Assembly: GCA_016789175.1 (NCBI GenBank)
Contig: JAEURK010000122.1
Location: 718 to 64,717, forward strand
Direction: 5' to 3'
Source: Anaerolineales bacterium
GTDB taxonomy: Bacteria > Chloroflexota > Anaerolineae > Anaerolineales > UBA6663
DNA: 64,000 nt
Notes under the pieces: generated by a model
Database searches by the model: none
What the model was told of the DNA's origin: nothing
The model's input: the letters and a program-made list of their open reading frames with translations, nothing else
Shown here: positions 1 through 8,338 of the stretch, one piece after another
Layout: every line of letters starts with the position of its first letter
How positions within the stretch are numbered: the first letter of the stretch is position 1
Translations under genes and position numbers: made by a program

Positions 1-89
1 GAGCCCGACAGCTTGAGGAACTCCAGCGCCAGCTGGGCGTGGTCCTCATTATCATCGACGATCAATACTGATAACGGAACCTGGTTCAT
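1..89 (-). CDS. response regulator receiver protein (N-terminal fragment, continues past window edge)
   Basis: Reverse-strand ATG at 89 reads MNQVPLSVLIVDDNEDHAQLALEFLKLSG, a CheY-like receiver start. The ATG overlaps the TGA (86-88) of the upstream gene (ATGA coupling). Confidence 0.6.
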   Translation of the reverse strand, partial: MNQVPLSVLIVDDNEDHAQLALEFLKLSG

Positions 90-511
90 GACTCAGGCGC
101 CTCCACTTCGCGCGGGCCGACGACACCGGCCAGGTCGAGCAACTGCGCGACCGACGACGCCAGTTCGTCGGTATCGAACGGCTTGCCCATAAACAGATCC
201 ACCTGGGCGACGTTTTTCGCAATCGTGCGTTCGATCGCATCGTCCTTGGCGCTGACCACCACGACCCGCATGCGGGCCGCCGGATTTTCGTGGCGAATGC
301 GGGCCAGGAGCTCCCAGCCCGTGATCCCGGGCATCATCAGATCGAGCACCAACAGATCCGGCGCCTGTTCGCGCGCCAGCTCGAGGGCGTGGCTCGGCCG
401 CTCGGTCGAGATGCACTCGACCGGCAACCGGGAGACGATCCGCGTGACGATGTCCAGCGTCCGGCGGTCGTCATCGACACATAACACGCGTGGCAAACCT
501 TTGGTCGTCAC
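86..511 (-). CDS. stand-alone response regulator receiver protein
   Basis: 141 aa. Receiver signatures VLCVDDD, DLLVLDLMMPGITG and GKPF. GTG start preceded by GGTGAGG. Confidence 0.85.
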   Translation of the reverse strand: MTTKGLPRVLCVDDDRRTLDIVTRIVSRLPVECISTERPSHALELAREQAPDLLVLDLMMPGITGWELLARIRHENPAARMRVVVVSAKDDAIERTIAKNVAQVDLFMGKPFDTDELASSVAQLLDLAGVVGPREVEAPES

Positions 512-522
512 GTTTACCTCAC

Positions 523-1092
523 CTACGCCCCTGCCCCGGCCGGGGTCGCATCATCACCGATGATTTCGGTCGCTGCCTGGGCCTCCAGGGCCGAGAGCAA
601 CGCCGCCTCGCCACCCGCATTGAGCGTGGCAGCCCGTTCAGCCGCCCAGCGCCGTCCGGCTTCGCGCCGGGCAGCCAGACGCAGCCAATACTCCACGACA
701 TCGCGCACGCTCGAAGTGAAGGTCTCGGGCCCGACCGCCTTCGAGAGATACCCATTCGCGCCGTTCGCGTAACACTCGTCGATGTCGACCGGCCGGGTCA
801 GGGTCGTCAACACCACGACCGGCACCTGGCGCCAGTTCGCGGCCGCCCGCATAGCCTTCAACACTTCCAGACCGTCGACCTTTGGCAGCTTGAGGTCGAG
901 CAACACCAGATCCGGCGGTGGCACCAGGTTGCGCCCGGCCACGTCGGAGGCGATGAAGTTCAGCACCTGTTCGCCGTCGCCGATCACGCTGATGTGCGGC
1001 GCGTAGCGGCTGCCCTCCAGCGTGGTCTGGATCAGCAGCGCGTGGTCGGGATTGTCCTCAACCAGCAGGATACGTAATTCCCGCGGCCACAT
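523..1092 (-). CDS. response regulator receiver protein (Rcp1/CheY-like) with Ala-rich C-terminal tail
   Basis: 189 aa. Motifs ILLVEDNPDHALL, DLVLLDLKLPKVDG and GANGYLSK. Overlaps the kinase gene 3' end by 35 nt. Confidence 0.85.
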   Translation of the reverse strand: MWPRELRILLVEDNPDHALLIQTTLEGSRYAPHISVIGDGEQVLNFIASDVAGRNLVPPPDLVLLDLKLPKVDGLEVLKAMRAAANWRQVPVVVLTTLTRPVDIDECYANGANGYLSKAVGPETFTSSVRDVVEYWLRLAARREAGRRWAAERAATLNAGGEAALLSALEAQAATEIIGDDATPAGAGA

Positions 1093-3283
1093 GCTCGACC
1101 TCCGCCATCGCTTCTGGGCCCACCGGTCGAACGACCGACGAGTCGACCGCTACCAGGGGCGCCGTGAAGTAAAACGTCGCGCCCTGCCCCGGCGTGCTCT
1201 CGACATGCACGGCGCCGCCGCGGCCCTCGACGATTCGACGCACGATGCTCAAACCGACACCGGTCCCGTCGACCTCCACGACCTTCAACCGCTGAAACGG
1301 CCGGAACACCCGCTGGTGATAATCCGGGTGGATGCCGATGCCGTTGTCGCGGACCCAGAACTCAACCAGGGCCGGCTCACCGACCTGTAACCGCCAACCG
1401 ATCTCGATCCGCGGTTGCGGTTGGGTTCCCAGGAACTTGATCGCATTGGAGACCAGGTTCGAAAACACCTGGCGCAGCCGCACCCGCGAGAACCGCACCT
1501 GCGGCCAGGTGCTGGTCATCATGACGTTGACACCGCGCTCCTTGAGCGCCGCTCGCAGGTCCTCCAACACGGCCTTGACCACGTCGCCGGAGGCCAGCAC
1601 CTCGTCCGGCTCCTCGAGCCGCCCGACGCGCGATAGCTCCAACAGGTCGTTCAGCAGCCGGCTGAGGTATTCGGCGTTGGCCGCGATCCGGTCGATGTAC
1701 AACGCACCGCGCTCGTCGAACTGGTCGCGGTGGCGGTTCTGCAGGAGTGAGGCAAAGCCGCGCATCGACACGACCGGCGCCTGCAGGTCGTGCGAGACGG
1801 TGTACACAAAGGCCTCGAGCTCGGCGTTCTTGGCCCGCAGCTGGGCTGCGGCGAGCTGGGTGGTCTCGAAGAGTTGCGCATTCCGCAACGCCAGGGCCAG
1901 CTGGCCGGCGATGCCGCGCAGCAAGGTCTGCTCGTCTTCGGTCCAGCGCCGGCCATGCGTGACCTGCATCAGCATCAAGACGTAGAAACGGTCTTCGATC
2001 TGGGTTCGGATCGGCACCCAGGCCACCGACCGTAACCCAAACCGCGTCGACGTGTCCTGCCACCACTCCTGCAGCACGGGGTCAACCAGGTCCTCGGTCG
2101 TGGTGAGCACGGACCCGGTTTGCAGCCAATGCGCCAGGAGCTTCAGGCTATGCCCAAGCGGCTGCGGCTTCTTCAACGAGCGTCGCTCGCCCAGCGAGGC
2201 GTTGACGTATTCGTGCTCGGTCAACAGCAGGCCGGCCCCGAGGTCGACCTGGCTGAGTGCGCATAGGTCGGCTTTCAGCACCTCGCCCACCTCGGCCACC
2301 GCCTGGCCCAACACCTGCTGGACGTCGAGGCTGCTGTTGACGGCACTGGCCACCCGCGAGAGCAGCGCCTCGCGTTTGGCACGCTCGGCCTCGCGTTGAA
2401 AGGCGTGGATGCCGCGCAGCGACGCCGTCAGCGGCTCCGCCAGAAGCGCCAGCGTGCGCTCGTCTTCCAGGCCGAATTGCCCGGGCCGCTGGGCCGCGAT
2501 GGTCAGCGCGCCGATGGCGTGATTGCCGTCCCGGATCGGCACCGAGAGTTCCGACATAACCACGCCCAGGCCCAGACTGGGCCGCAGACCGGTCTGTCCG
2601 CGCCCGGCGAATTGTTCGACGACAGCCGCCCGGTTGGTCAGCACCGCACGCCCGGCCGTCCCATAACCCGGCGGGATCCGGTAGGCGTTCGGGGCCAGGA
2701 CGCGCCCGTCCAGCCCGGCGATCGCGCACAGCGCCAGGCGACCGTCATCTTCTTTGAGATAGGCCGCCACGAACTCGTAGCGCAGGTGCAGGTGCGCCTC
2801 GCGCACCACAGCTTCGAGGATCGGCGCCAGCTCGGGCGTGGCCGCGATTTGCTGGGTGACGTTGAGCAGGGCCTTGAGCAGGCTGGTCTGGCGGATGACC
2901 ATCCGCCGGTTGCGGGCCTGCTCGAGCATTCGCCCCATGGCCCGGGTCAGACGGTCCGGCGATTCCTGCCGGACGAGGAGGTAGTCGGCGGCGCCCCGCT
3001 CGACCGCCGCCCGCGCCTCGGCCTCGCGTTCAACGTCGGCAACGACGAACAAGGGCAGGTCCGGGCGCTCACGCAGGAACAGGTCCAACACGTCATGTCC
3101 GGCCACGGTCGCCGCCACGTCGAGCACGGCCACGTCATAATGCGTGCCGTCGTCGAGCCGTCGGCGACAGTCGGCCTCGGTGATCGCCCAGTCGGCCGTG
3201 GCGCCGCCGCGATGGTTCGGCAGGGCCGACTCCAGGCCCAGGACCAGGTCCTGACCCAGACCGATGGCGAGGACATGCATCAT
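1058..3283 (-). CDS. sensor histidine kinase: REC-like N-terminus, two GAF-like regions, HisKA, HATPase_c
   Basis: 741 aa. H-box FVYTVSHDLQAPV, N-box SNAIKF, G-boxes DNGIGI and GTGVGLSIV. The long middle part resembles tandem GAF domains. Confidence 0.85.
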   Translation of the reverse strand: MMHVLAIGLGQDLVLGLESALPNHRGGATADWAITEADCRRRLDDGTHYDVAVLDVAATVAGHDVLDLFLRERPDLPLFVVADVEREAEARAAVERGAADYLLVRQESPDRLTRAMGRMLEQARNRRMVIRQTSLLKALLNVTQQIAATPELAPILEAVVREAHLHLRYEFVAAYLKEDDGRLALCAIAGLDGRVLAPNAYRIPPGYGTAGRAVLTNRAAVVEQFAGRGQTGLRPSLGLGVVMSELSVPIRDGNHAIGALTIAAQRPGQFGLEDERTLALLAEPLTASLRGIHAFQREAERAKREALLSRVASAVNSSLDVQQVLGQAVAEVGEVLKADLCALSQVDLGAGLLLTEHEYVNASLGERRSLKKPQPLGHSLKLLAHWLQTGSVLTTTEDLVDPVLQEWWQDTSTRFGLRSVAWVPIRTQIEDRFYVLMLMQVTHGRRWTEDEQTLLRGIAGQLALALRNAQLFETTQLAAAQLRAKNAELEAFVYTVSHDLQAPVVSMRGFASLLQNRHRDQFDERGALYIDRIAANAEYLSRLLNDLLELSRVGRLEEPDEVLASGDVVKAVLEDLRAALKERGVNVMMTSTWPQVRFSRVRLRQVFSNLVSNAIKFLGTQPQPRIEIGWRLQVGEPALVEFWVRDNGIGIHPDYHQRVFRPFQRLKVVEVDGTGVGLSIVRRIVEGRGGAVHVESTPGQGATFYFTAPLVAVDSSVVRPVGPEAMAEVEHVAAGITYPAG

Positions 3284-3412
3284 GCCGCGGCCGCCTTTCC
3301 GGCGGTTCGGCTGATCACCCGTTTACTTGAGGCCCCGACCCTTAGCTTCACAGAAAATTCCCTTAAGACTTCGTCATCATAATCAACGGGTTTGGCGGGC
3401 GCCATAAACGAG

Positions 3413-3500
3413 ACGTAAAGAGTTTACGCGGTACGTAAAGGCCAAGTAAAAGCTCTTCAGCGCGTTTTCGGCCGAGGTCACGAGGACCAATCGAGGACCA
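3413..3500. promoter_or_regulatory. candidate operator repeats upstream of the WXG-like gene
   Basis: Inverted repeat CGTAAA-gag-TTTACG (3414-3428). ACGTAAAG repeated at 3413 and 3433, with GTAAAAG at 3446. Direct 9-mer CGAGGACCA at 3481 and 3492 (11-bp phase). The region is relatively AT-rich. Confidence 0.3.
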
Positions 3501-3578
3501 GCCGGCTGAGAAAAGCGCCTATTCTGGGTCAACGGCTCGCTTCAACCACCCTTCAGCGGGCCTTCAGGGGGACAGGCG

Positions 3579-4559
3579 ATGACGACTCTCCGAATGGAGC
3601 CCGATAAGCTCAGAAACCTGGCGGCCGCGATCCACGCCACCTACACCGGATCGCACCATGAGGCCTTGACCCGGCTTGGCAGCCTGCGCGGTGCTTTGCG
3701 AGCCGCGTGGAGCGCCCAGGCTCAGGCCGCGCTGGATGCGGCCTTCGGTGATTGGCTGACCGGCTTTGATCGGCGCGGCCGCGACCTGATCGCCGTGGCG
3801 CGGTATCTCCGGCTGGCTGCCGAAACCAGCGAAGCGCAGGAGGCCAGGTTAGAACAGGCGTTGCCGTTTGCCACCGGCGGAGCCGGGAAAGCGCTTCACA
3901 GACCCTCGGCTCAGGGTAACGGCCCAGTGTTGAACGGGCCGGTGACCACTGCCGGCGGCAGCCTGGCTGCCCGCGACATTCCGGGCCTGGCCGCCGTCAC
4001 TGAGGGTGTGCCGGCCGTGCCGACCTTGATCTCCTATCGGGCCGACTACAGCCTCCAGACCTATACCGATCGGGTCGAGCTGCGGCTGACCCAGTACACG
4101 TCCACCAATCGGACTGTGGGAGCCGCGGCCTGGTGGACAACCGCCACCGTGACCACGGCCAGCGGTCGGACCGTCACGTATAATCTCGGCGCACTTAACC
4201 TGAACCCGGCCAGGCCAGACTCGGCTTTCCTGAGCATTCCGACCGATCCGAGCGATCCACCGGTCTCCCTGGATCTCTCGGTCGGGAATGCTGCAGCCAA
4301 TGCGGTGGGGGCTATGCCGATCACGACGCACTATGCCACGGTTCCGATCCAGGTTCCGAGCTCCAGCCCGACGCCGACGACGACCGGCCCGTACAGCCCG
4401 ACGCCCACGCCATCGAGCGTGCCGGGTTTGCGCGGACCCCAACCGATCCAGATCCCGACCCCGACCCCGACGCCGTCAGTTCCCGTCGGGCCCGTGCTTC
4501 CAACGCCAAGACGACCTGCGCCGCCGTCGTTTCCCGGAAGACCCGCGATCCCGGAATGA
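3579..4559 (+). CDS. hypothetical protein: WXG100/ESAT-6-like helical N-terminus plus Pro/Thr-rich C-terminus
   Basis: 326 aa. AGGGGGA lies 7 nt before the ATG. The N-terminal ~95 aa reads as a helix-turn-helix hairpin with AWSAQAQAALDAAFGDW (WxG-like position). The C-terminus has PTPTP repeats. Confidence 0.5.
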   Translation: MTTLRMEPDKLRNLAAAIHATYTGSHHEALTRLGSLRGALRAAWSAQAQAALDAAFGDWLTGFDRRGRDLIAVARYLRLAAETSEAQEARLEQALPFATGGAGKALHRPSAQGNGPVLNGPVTTAGGSLAARDIPGLAAVTEGVPAVPTLISYRADYSLQTYTDRVELRLTQYTSTNRTVGAAAWWTTATVTTASGRTVTYNLGALNLNPARPDSAFLSIPTDPSDPPVSLDLSVGNAAANAVGAMPITTHYATVPIQVPSSSPTPTTTGPYSPTPTPSSVPGLRGPQPIQIPTPTPTPSVPVGPVLPTPRRPAPPSFPGRPAIPE

Positions 4560-5491
4560 CCGATCGCTTTTCGAAGTGCCGAGGACTACCAACCATGTTT
4601 AATTCCGTCTCCCCATTTAGTTGGGCCGTCCGTGTCTGCGCGGTGCTGGTCAGCCTGATGTCGATCGTCAATGCCGTCTCGATCTATGGGTTCGGGCTGG
4701 TCCCGCTTACTGGGATTGCACCATGGGAAGCCGTCTGGCTGGCGGCCCTGCATGTCCTGAACACTCTGCTCAGCCTGGGGGTAGCCTTCATGGGCGCTGA
4801 GGCCGGCCTCGCCGGCGGCCCGGCCGATCGCTCCGCCCGCCAACGGCTGGCAGCCCTGACGGGCTGGTTGCCGATCGCCGGGGTGCTGGTGGTGTCCTTC
4901 ACCCTGATCAGCCCCGGGTTGGGTCAGGCGCTCGGCACGCCGATCCTGTGGACGCCTCGTCAGGTGGTGGGTGCGCTGATCGTGTTGGGTTGGGCCCTGT
5001 TCGGCTGGGCGGCCGTCCAACGCTGGCTGAGACAGGGATCGCCGGTCGCTTTGAGTGCGCTAACCCGGATCATGGAGGGCCTGGCCCTGGTCGCGCTCGT
5101 CATGGACATCGTCCAGGTTGTCAGCATGGGGTTCGGCGACGTCGTCCAGATCGGCGCCGCGTTGGGCGAAGCCCTGAACGCACTGACTCAGGCGCTGGCC
5201 GTGATCGTGTGCGTCGAGGCGGTTTCGGGGCCCGACCCCGAACGACTAAACGGATGGCTCGGGTCTGGCGTGCGTTGGTTGACGATGCTGGCCTGGTCGT
5301 GTCTGGCTGTGCAGTTGGGCGCGCAGGTGCTGGCGATCATCGGGCGGTTTGAACTGTCGGCCCTGGCGCTTCTCGGTCCGCTCACGGTCGCTGCGAGCGT
5401 CTTGCTTTCGTTCTCCGAACGGCTGCTGCTGGCGGCCACGTTGTGGGCACGCGAGCAGCGTCTGTTGGGGGGCAGCAACGGACGGGCGTAG
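4556..5491 (+). CDS. polytopic membrane protein, unknown function
   Basis: 311 aa with about 8 hydrophobic segments. ATGA overlap with the upstream gene. An alternative ATG at 4595 has GAGGA upstream. Confidence 0.5.
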   Translation: MTDRFSKCRGLPTMFNSVSPFSWAVRVCAVLVSLMSIVNAVSIYGFGLVPLTGIAPWEAVWLAALHVLNTLLSLGVAFMGAEAGLAGGPADRSARQRLAALTGWLPIAGVLVVSFTLISPGLGQALGTPILWTPRQVVGALIVLGWALFGWAAVQRWLRQGSPVALSALTRIMEGLALVALVMDIVQVVSMGFGDVVQIGAALGEALNALTQALAVIVCVEAVSGPDPERLNGWLGSGVRWLTMLAWSCLAVQLGAQVLAIIGRFELSALALLGPLTVAASVLLSFSERLLLAATLWAREQRLLGGSNGRA

Positions 5492-5503
5492 CGAGCGACG
5501 GGG

Positions 5504-6517
5504 TCAGGCGAGATCGTTCGACCGGAACACACACACCCGGTTCCGGCCGAGCTCCTTGGCCTGCATCAGGGCTTCATCGGCGCGGGCGACGAGGTTGTCG
5601 AGGTGGTACAACTCGGAGGTGCTGGCGCTCAGGCCAAGCCCGGACGCGGTGCTGGCGATGCCGAAGCTGGCATTGAGCTGGAGCACGCCAGTCGCAACCG
5701 ATAGGTGCGTGTCGAGGATCTGCAACCGCATGCGCTCGGCGATCGTCACGGCGACACTTTCATCGGTGTTGGGCAGCACCAGCAGGAATTCTTCACCACC
5801 CCACCGGCCGGCCCAGTCATAGGGGCGTTTGTTAACCTTGAGGGTGTCGGCGATCAAGCGCAGGGCCTTGTCGCCGATCAGGTGGCCGTGCCGATCGTTG
5901 ACCTGCTTGAAGTGGTCGATATCCAACATCATCAGGCTGACCGGGTTGCGATCGCGGCGCGAGCGGCTGAGCTCGGCCTCGGCGTGCGTATACAGTGCGC
6001 GGCGGTTGAGCAGGCCGGTCAACGAGTCGAGCGTCGCCAGCTCTTCCATCTGTTGCAGGGTCTGGTTGAGCCGGTTCTCGAGGTTGAGGATCCGCTCGCC
6101 GATCTTGACCCGGGCCCGCAGTTCACCGGTGTTGAAAGGTTTGGTGAGGTAGTCGTCGGCGCCCGCTTCGAGACCGTAGATCACGTCGCCCTTGCTCTCC
6201 TTGGCGGTGAGCATGATGATGTACGTGTACGCGGGGGCGGAGACGGCCCGAATGCGCCGGATCAATTCCGGGCCGTCCATCACCGGCATCATCCAGTCGG
6301 TGATGACCAGCCGGATGGTCTCGCGCTCCCAGATATCGAGCGCGGCCTGGCCGTTTTCGGCCAGGGCGACATCGTAGCCGGCCCGGCTCATGTACGTCTG
6401 CAAAATCTGTCGCAGCACAGGGTCGTCATCGACGATGAGGATCCTCATCGGTGACGTCGCGGGCAGCGCGGAAGCAGGCGGTAATGTCATGATCGGTGCG
6501 CGTCGAGCTGGGACCAC
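5504..6517 (-). CDS. response regulator-diguanylate cyclase (REC-GGDEF, PleD/WspR-like)
   Basis: 337 aa. Receiver motifs MRILIVDDDP and LVITDWMMPVMDG, then a GGDEF domain with an intact RWGGEEFLLVL site. Start is uncertain (GTG 6517, ATG 6490 or ATG 6448). Confidence 0.9.
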   Translation of the reverse strand: MVPARRAPIMTLPPASALPATSPMRILIVDDDPVLRQILQTYMSRAGYDVALAENGQAALDIWERETIRLVITDWMMPVMDGPELIRRIRAVSAPAYTYIIMLTAKESKGDVIYGLEAGADDYLTKPFNTGELRARVKIGERILNLENRLNQTLQQMEELATLDSLTGLLNRRALYTHAEAELSRSRRDRNPVSLMMLDIDHFKQVNDRHGHLIGDKALRLIADTLKVNKRPYDWAGRWGGEEFLLVLPNTDESVAVTIAERMRLQILDTHLSVATGVLQLNASFGIASTASGLGLSASTSELYHLDNLVARADEALMQAKELGRNRVCVFRSNDLA

Positions 6518-6643
6518 GACGCGCCCAACAGGGCTCGATCCCGCCCGGCCAGCGGTGCGGGATCGACAAACCAGGCGTCAATCCACAGGGCGACCGGACG
6601 GTTCATGGGCCAATTCTTTATTCTACCGCGATACCGCCGGGCC

Positions 6644-7105
6644 CTAGGCCAGCGCGGGAACGGCCTGCAGGTCTTTCTTCTCTTCCAGCGACAACACCCG
6701 GGTCAGATCAAGCAGGATCACCAAACGCTCATCCACCTTGGCGATGCCGCGGATAAAGGCGCTGTCGAGGGTCGTGACAATCGGCGCAGGCGGCTCGATC
6801 GACTCCGACTGGATCCGCAGCACCTGCGTGACAGCGTCGACGATCATGCCGACCTTCTGACCGCCCAGTTCGACGACCACGATCCGAGTATCGTTGGTGT
6901 AGGCCTCCACCTTGACCATACCAAAGCGGGTGCGCAGGTCGATCACCGGCAACACCTCACCGCGCAGGTTGGTGACCCCCTCGACGAAGTGCGGCGCGCG
7001 GGGCACCACGGTAATGGCCTGCATCTTGATGATGCCGTCGACGGCCGCGATCTCAACACCGTAGTGCTCGTCCGCCAGGTTGAACACCACAACTTGGTTT
7101 TCCAT
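6644..7105 (-). CDS. cheW: chemotaxis coupling protein CheW
   Basis: CheW fold signature VVVFNLADEHYGVEI...NLRGEVLPVIDLR. AAGGAGG lies 5 nt before the ATG at 7105; the track ORF begins at an upstream TTG. Confidence 0.9.
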   Translation of the reverse strand: MENQVVVFNLADEHYGVEIAAVDGIIKMQAITVVPRAPHFVEGVTNLRGEVLPVIDLRTRFGMVKVEAYTNDTRIVVVELGGQKVGMIVDAVTQVLRIQSESIEPPAPIVTTLDSAFIRGIAKVDERLVILLDLTRVLSLEEKKDLQAVPALA

Positions 7106-7206
7106 GCATACCTCCTTCAAACTTCCCCAACGGTAGCGAACGCCACCCGAAAAGTCAGTAAACGTGCTCTAAAGAGCCGCCGGTCGTCCGGGATTTCACC
7201 CGATCC

Positions 7207-7725
7207 TCACCCGAACTTCGGGCTGGCGGGCACCGCGATTTGGGCGGCCTTGGCGGCCGCGTTGCGGCCCTCGCGGATCGCCAGATGAACCGTCAGGGGT
7301 CCATGATCGGTATTGAGAGCCACCACCAGCCGCGGCATGTCGAGGGTCGACAGCGTCGAGCCTTTGCCAAGCAGGAGCGTCGGCGGCGAGATCTGCGACT
7401 CGAAACCAGCCTGAGCGAGCTTGACGCTCGCCCGACCGGTGATGACATTGCCGAGCTCGGCCAGTCCCGATTGGGCCAGCGAGGTCACCGACTCGAGCTT
7501 CTCACCCAGCATGTTGCCGATGAGGGCCAACGAGAGCGGATTGCCCAGGGCGTAAAACACCGTGCCGTCGACAGCGCCGACCAGGCTGAGCATCACCGTG
7601 ACGTCCTCGGTGATATACGGATCCTTGTTGAGCCCGATCTGGCCCCGCGTGGCCCCGACGTTGGCCTCAGCCAACAGGACCTCGGTAGCGGCCTCCAAAA
7701 ACGGGTTGAGGAATTTGACATTCAT
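7207..7725 (-). CDS. CheX/CheC-family CheY-P phosphatase (paralog 2)
   Basis: MNVKFLNPFLEAATEVL. One E-x2-N-x21-P motif (AELGNVITGR...ISPP). ATG at 7725. Confidence 0.75.
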   Translation of the reverse strand: MNVKFLNPFLEAATEVLLAEANVGATRGQIGLNKDPYITEDVTVMLSLVGAVDGTVFYALGNPLSLALIGNMLGEKLESVTSLAQSGLAELGNVITGRASVKLAQAGFESQISPPTLLLGKGSTLSTLDMPRLVVALNTDHGPLTVHLAIREGRNAAAKAAQIAVPASPKFG

Positions 7726-7763
7726 GTCGCAGCGATACCCTTTCCAGCGCCCGGCGCGGCGGC

Positions 7764-8282
7764 TCAAGCCCGCACACCCAGCCCACGCACGAGCGGGACA
7801 TGCGATTGATTGCTGCTCGCCTCGGCCAATCTCAGCGCCAGGTGCGCCTCCATGGAATGGTCCTCAAAGCGGATCGGCACGACCAACCGTGGAAAGTCGA
7901 GCGTGCTAACTGTGATCCCGGCCCCGATGATCACGGTCGGCGGCGAGATGTCCGTCTGCAAGCCGATCTCCGACAGCTTGATCGTCGCCCGACCGGTCAG
8001 CACGTTTCCCAGCTCGGCCACGCCGGATTGGGCCAGTGAGTCGAGCTCCGTGATCTGTTCGCCCAACATCTTGCTCACCAGCATGCAAGCCGTGGCTTTG
8101 GACATGCCGTAGAGCACGACGCCCTGGAGCTGCCCGATCATGTTGAGCAGGACAGTGACCTCGTTCGCCGTCAGAGCCGAGCGCTGCAGGCTGATTTCGC
8201 CGCGCTGGACCTCGACGCCGATCTCGGCCTTGAGGACCTCGTTGGCGGCCTCAAGAAACGGATTCAAAAACTGAACGTTCAT
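7764..8282 (-). CDS. CheX/CheC-family CheY-P phosphatase (paralog 1)
   Basis: MNVQFLNPFLEAANEVL, AELGNVLTGR...ISPP. GAAGGAG lies 8 nt before the ATG. Clear paralog of 7207-7725. Confidence 0.75.
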   Translation of the reverse strand: MNVQFLNPFLEAANEVLKAEIGVEVQRGEISLQRSALTANEVTVLLNMIGQLQGVVLYGMSKATACMLVSKMLGEQITELDSLAQSGVAELGNVLTGRATIKLSEIGLQTDISPPTVIIGAGITVSTLDFPRLVVPIRFEDHSMEAHLALRLAEASSNQSHVPLVRGLGVRA

Positions 8283-8338
8283 TCGCTCGACTCCTTCGAC
8301 CCGACGACCAAAACGTCGTCGCTCGACACTCCCAAGGC

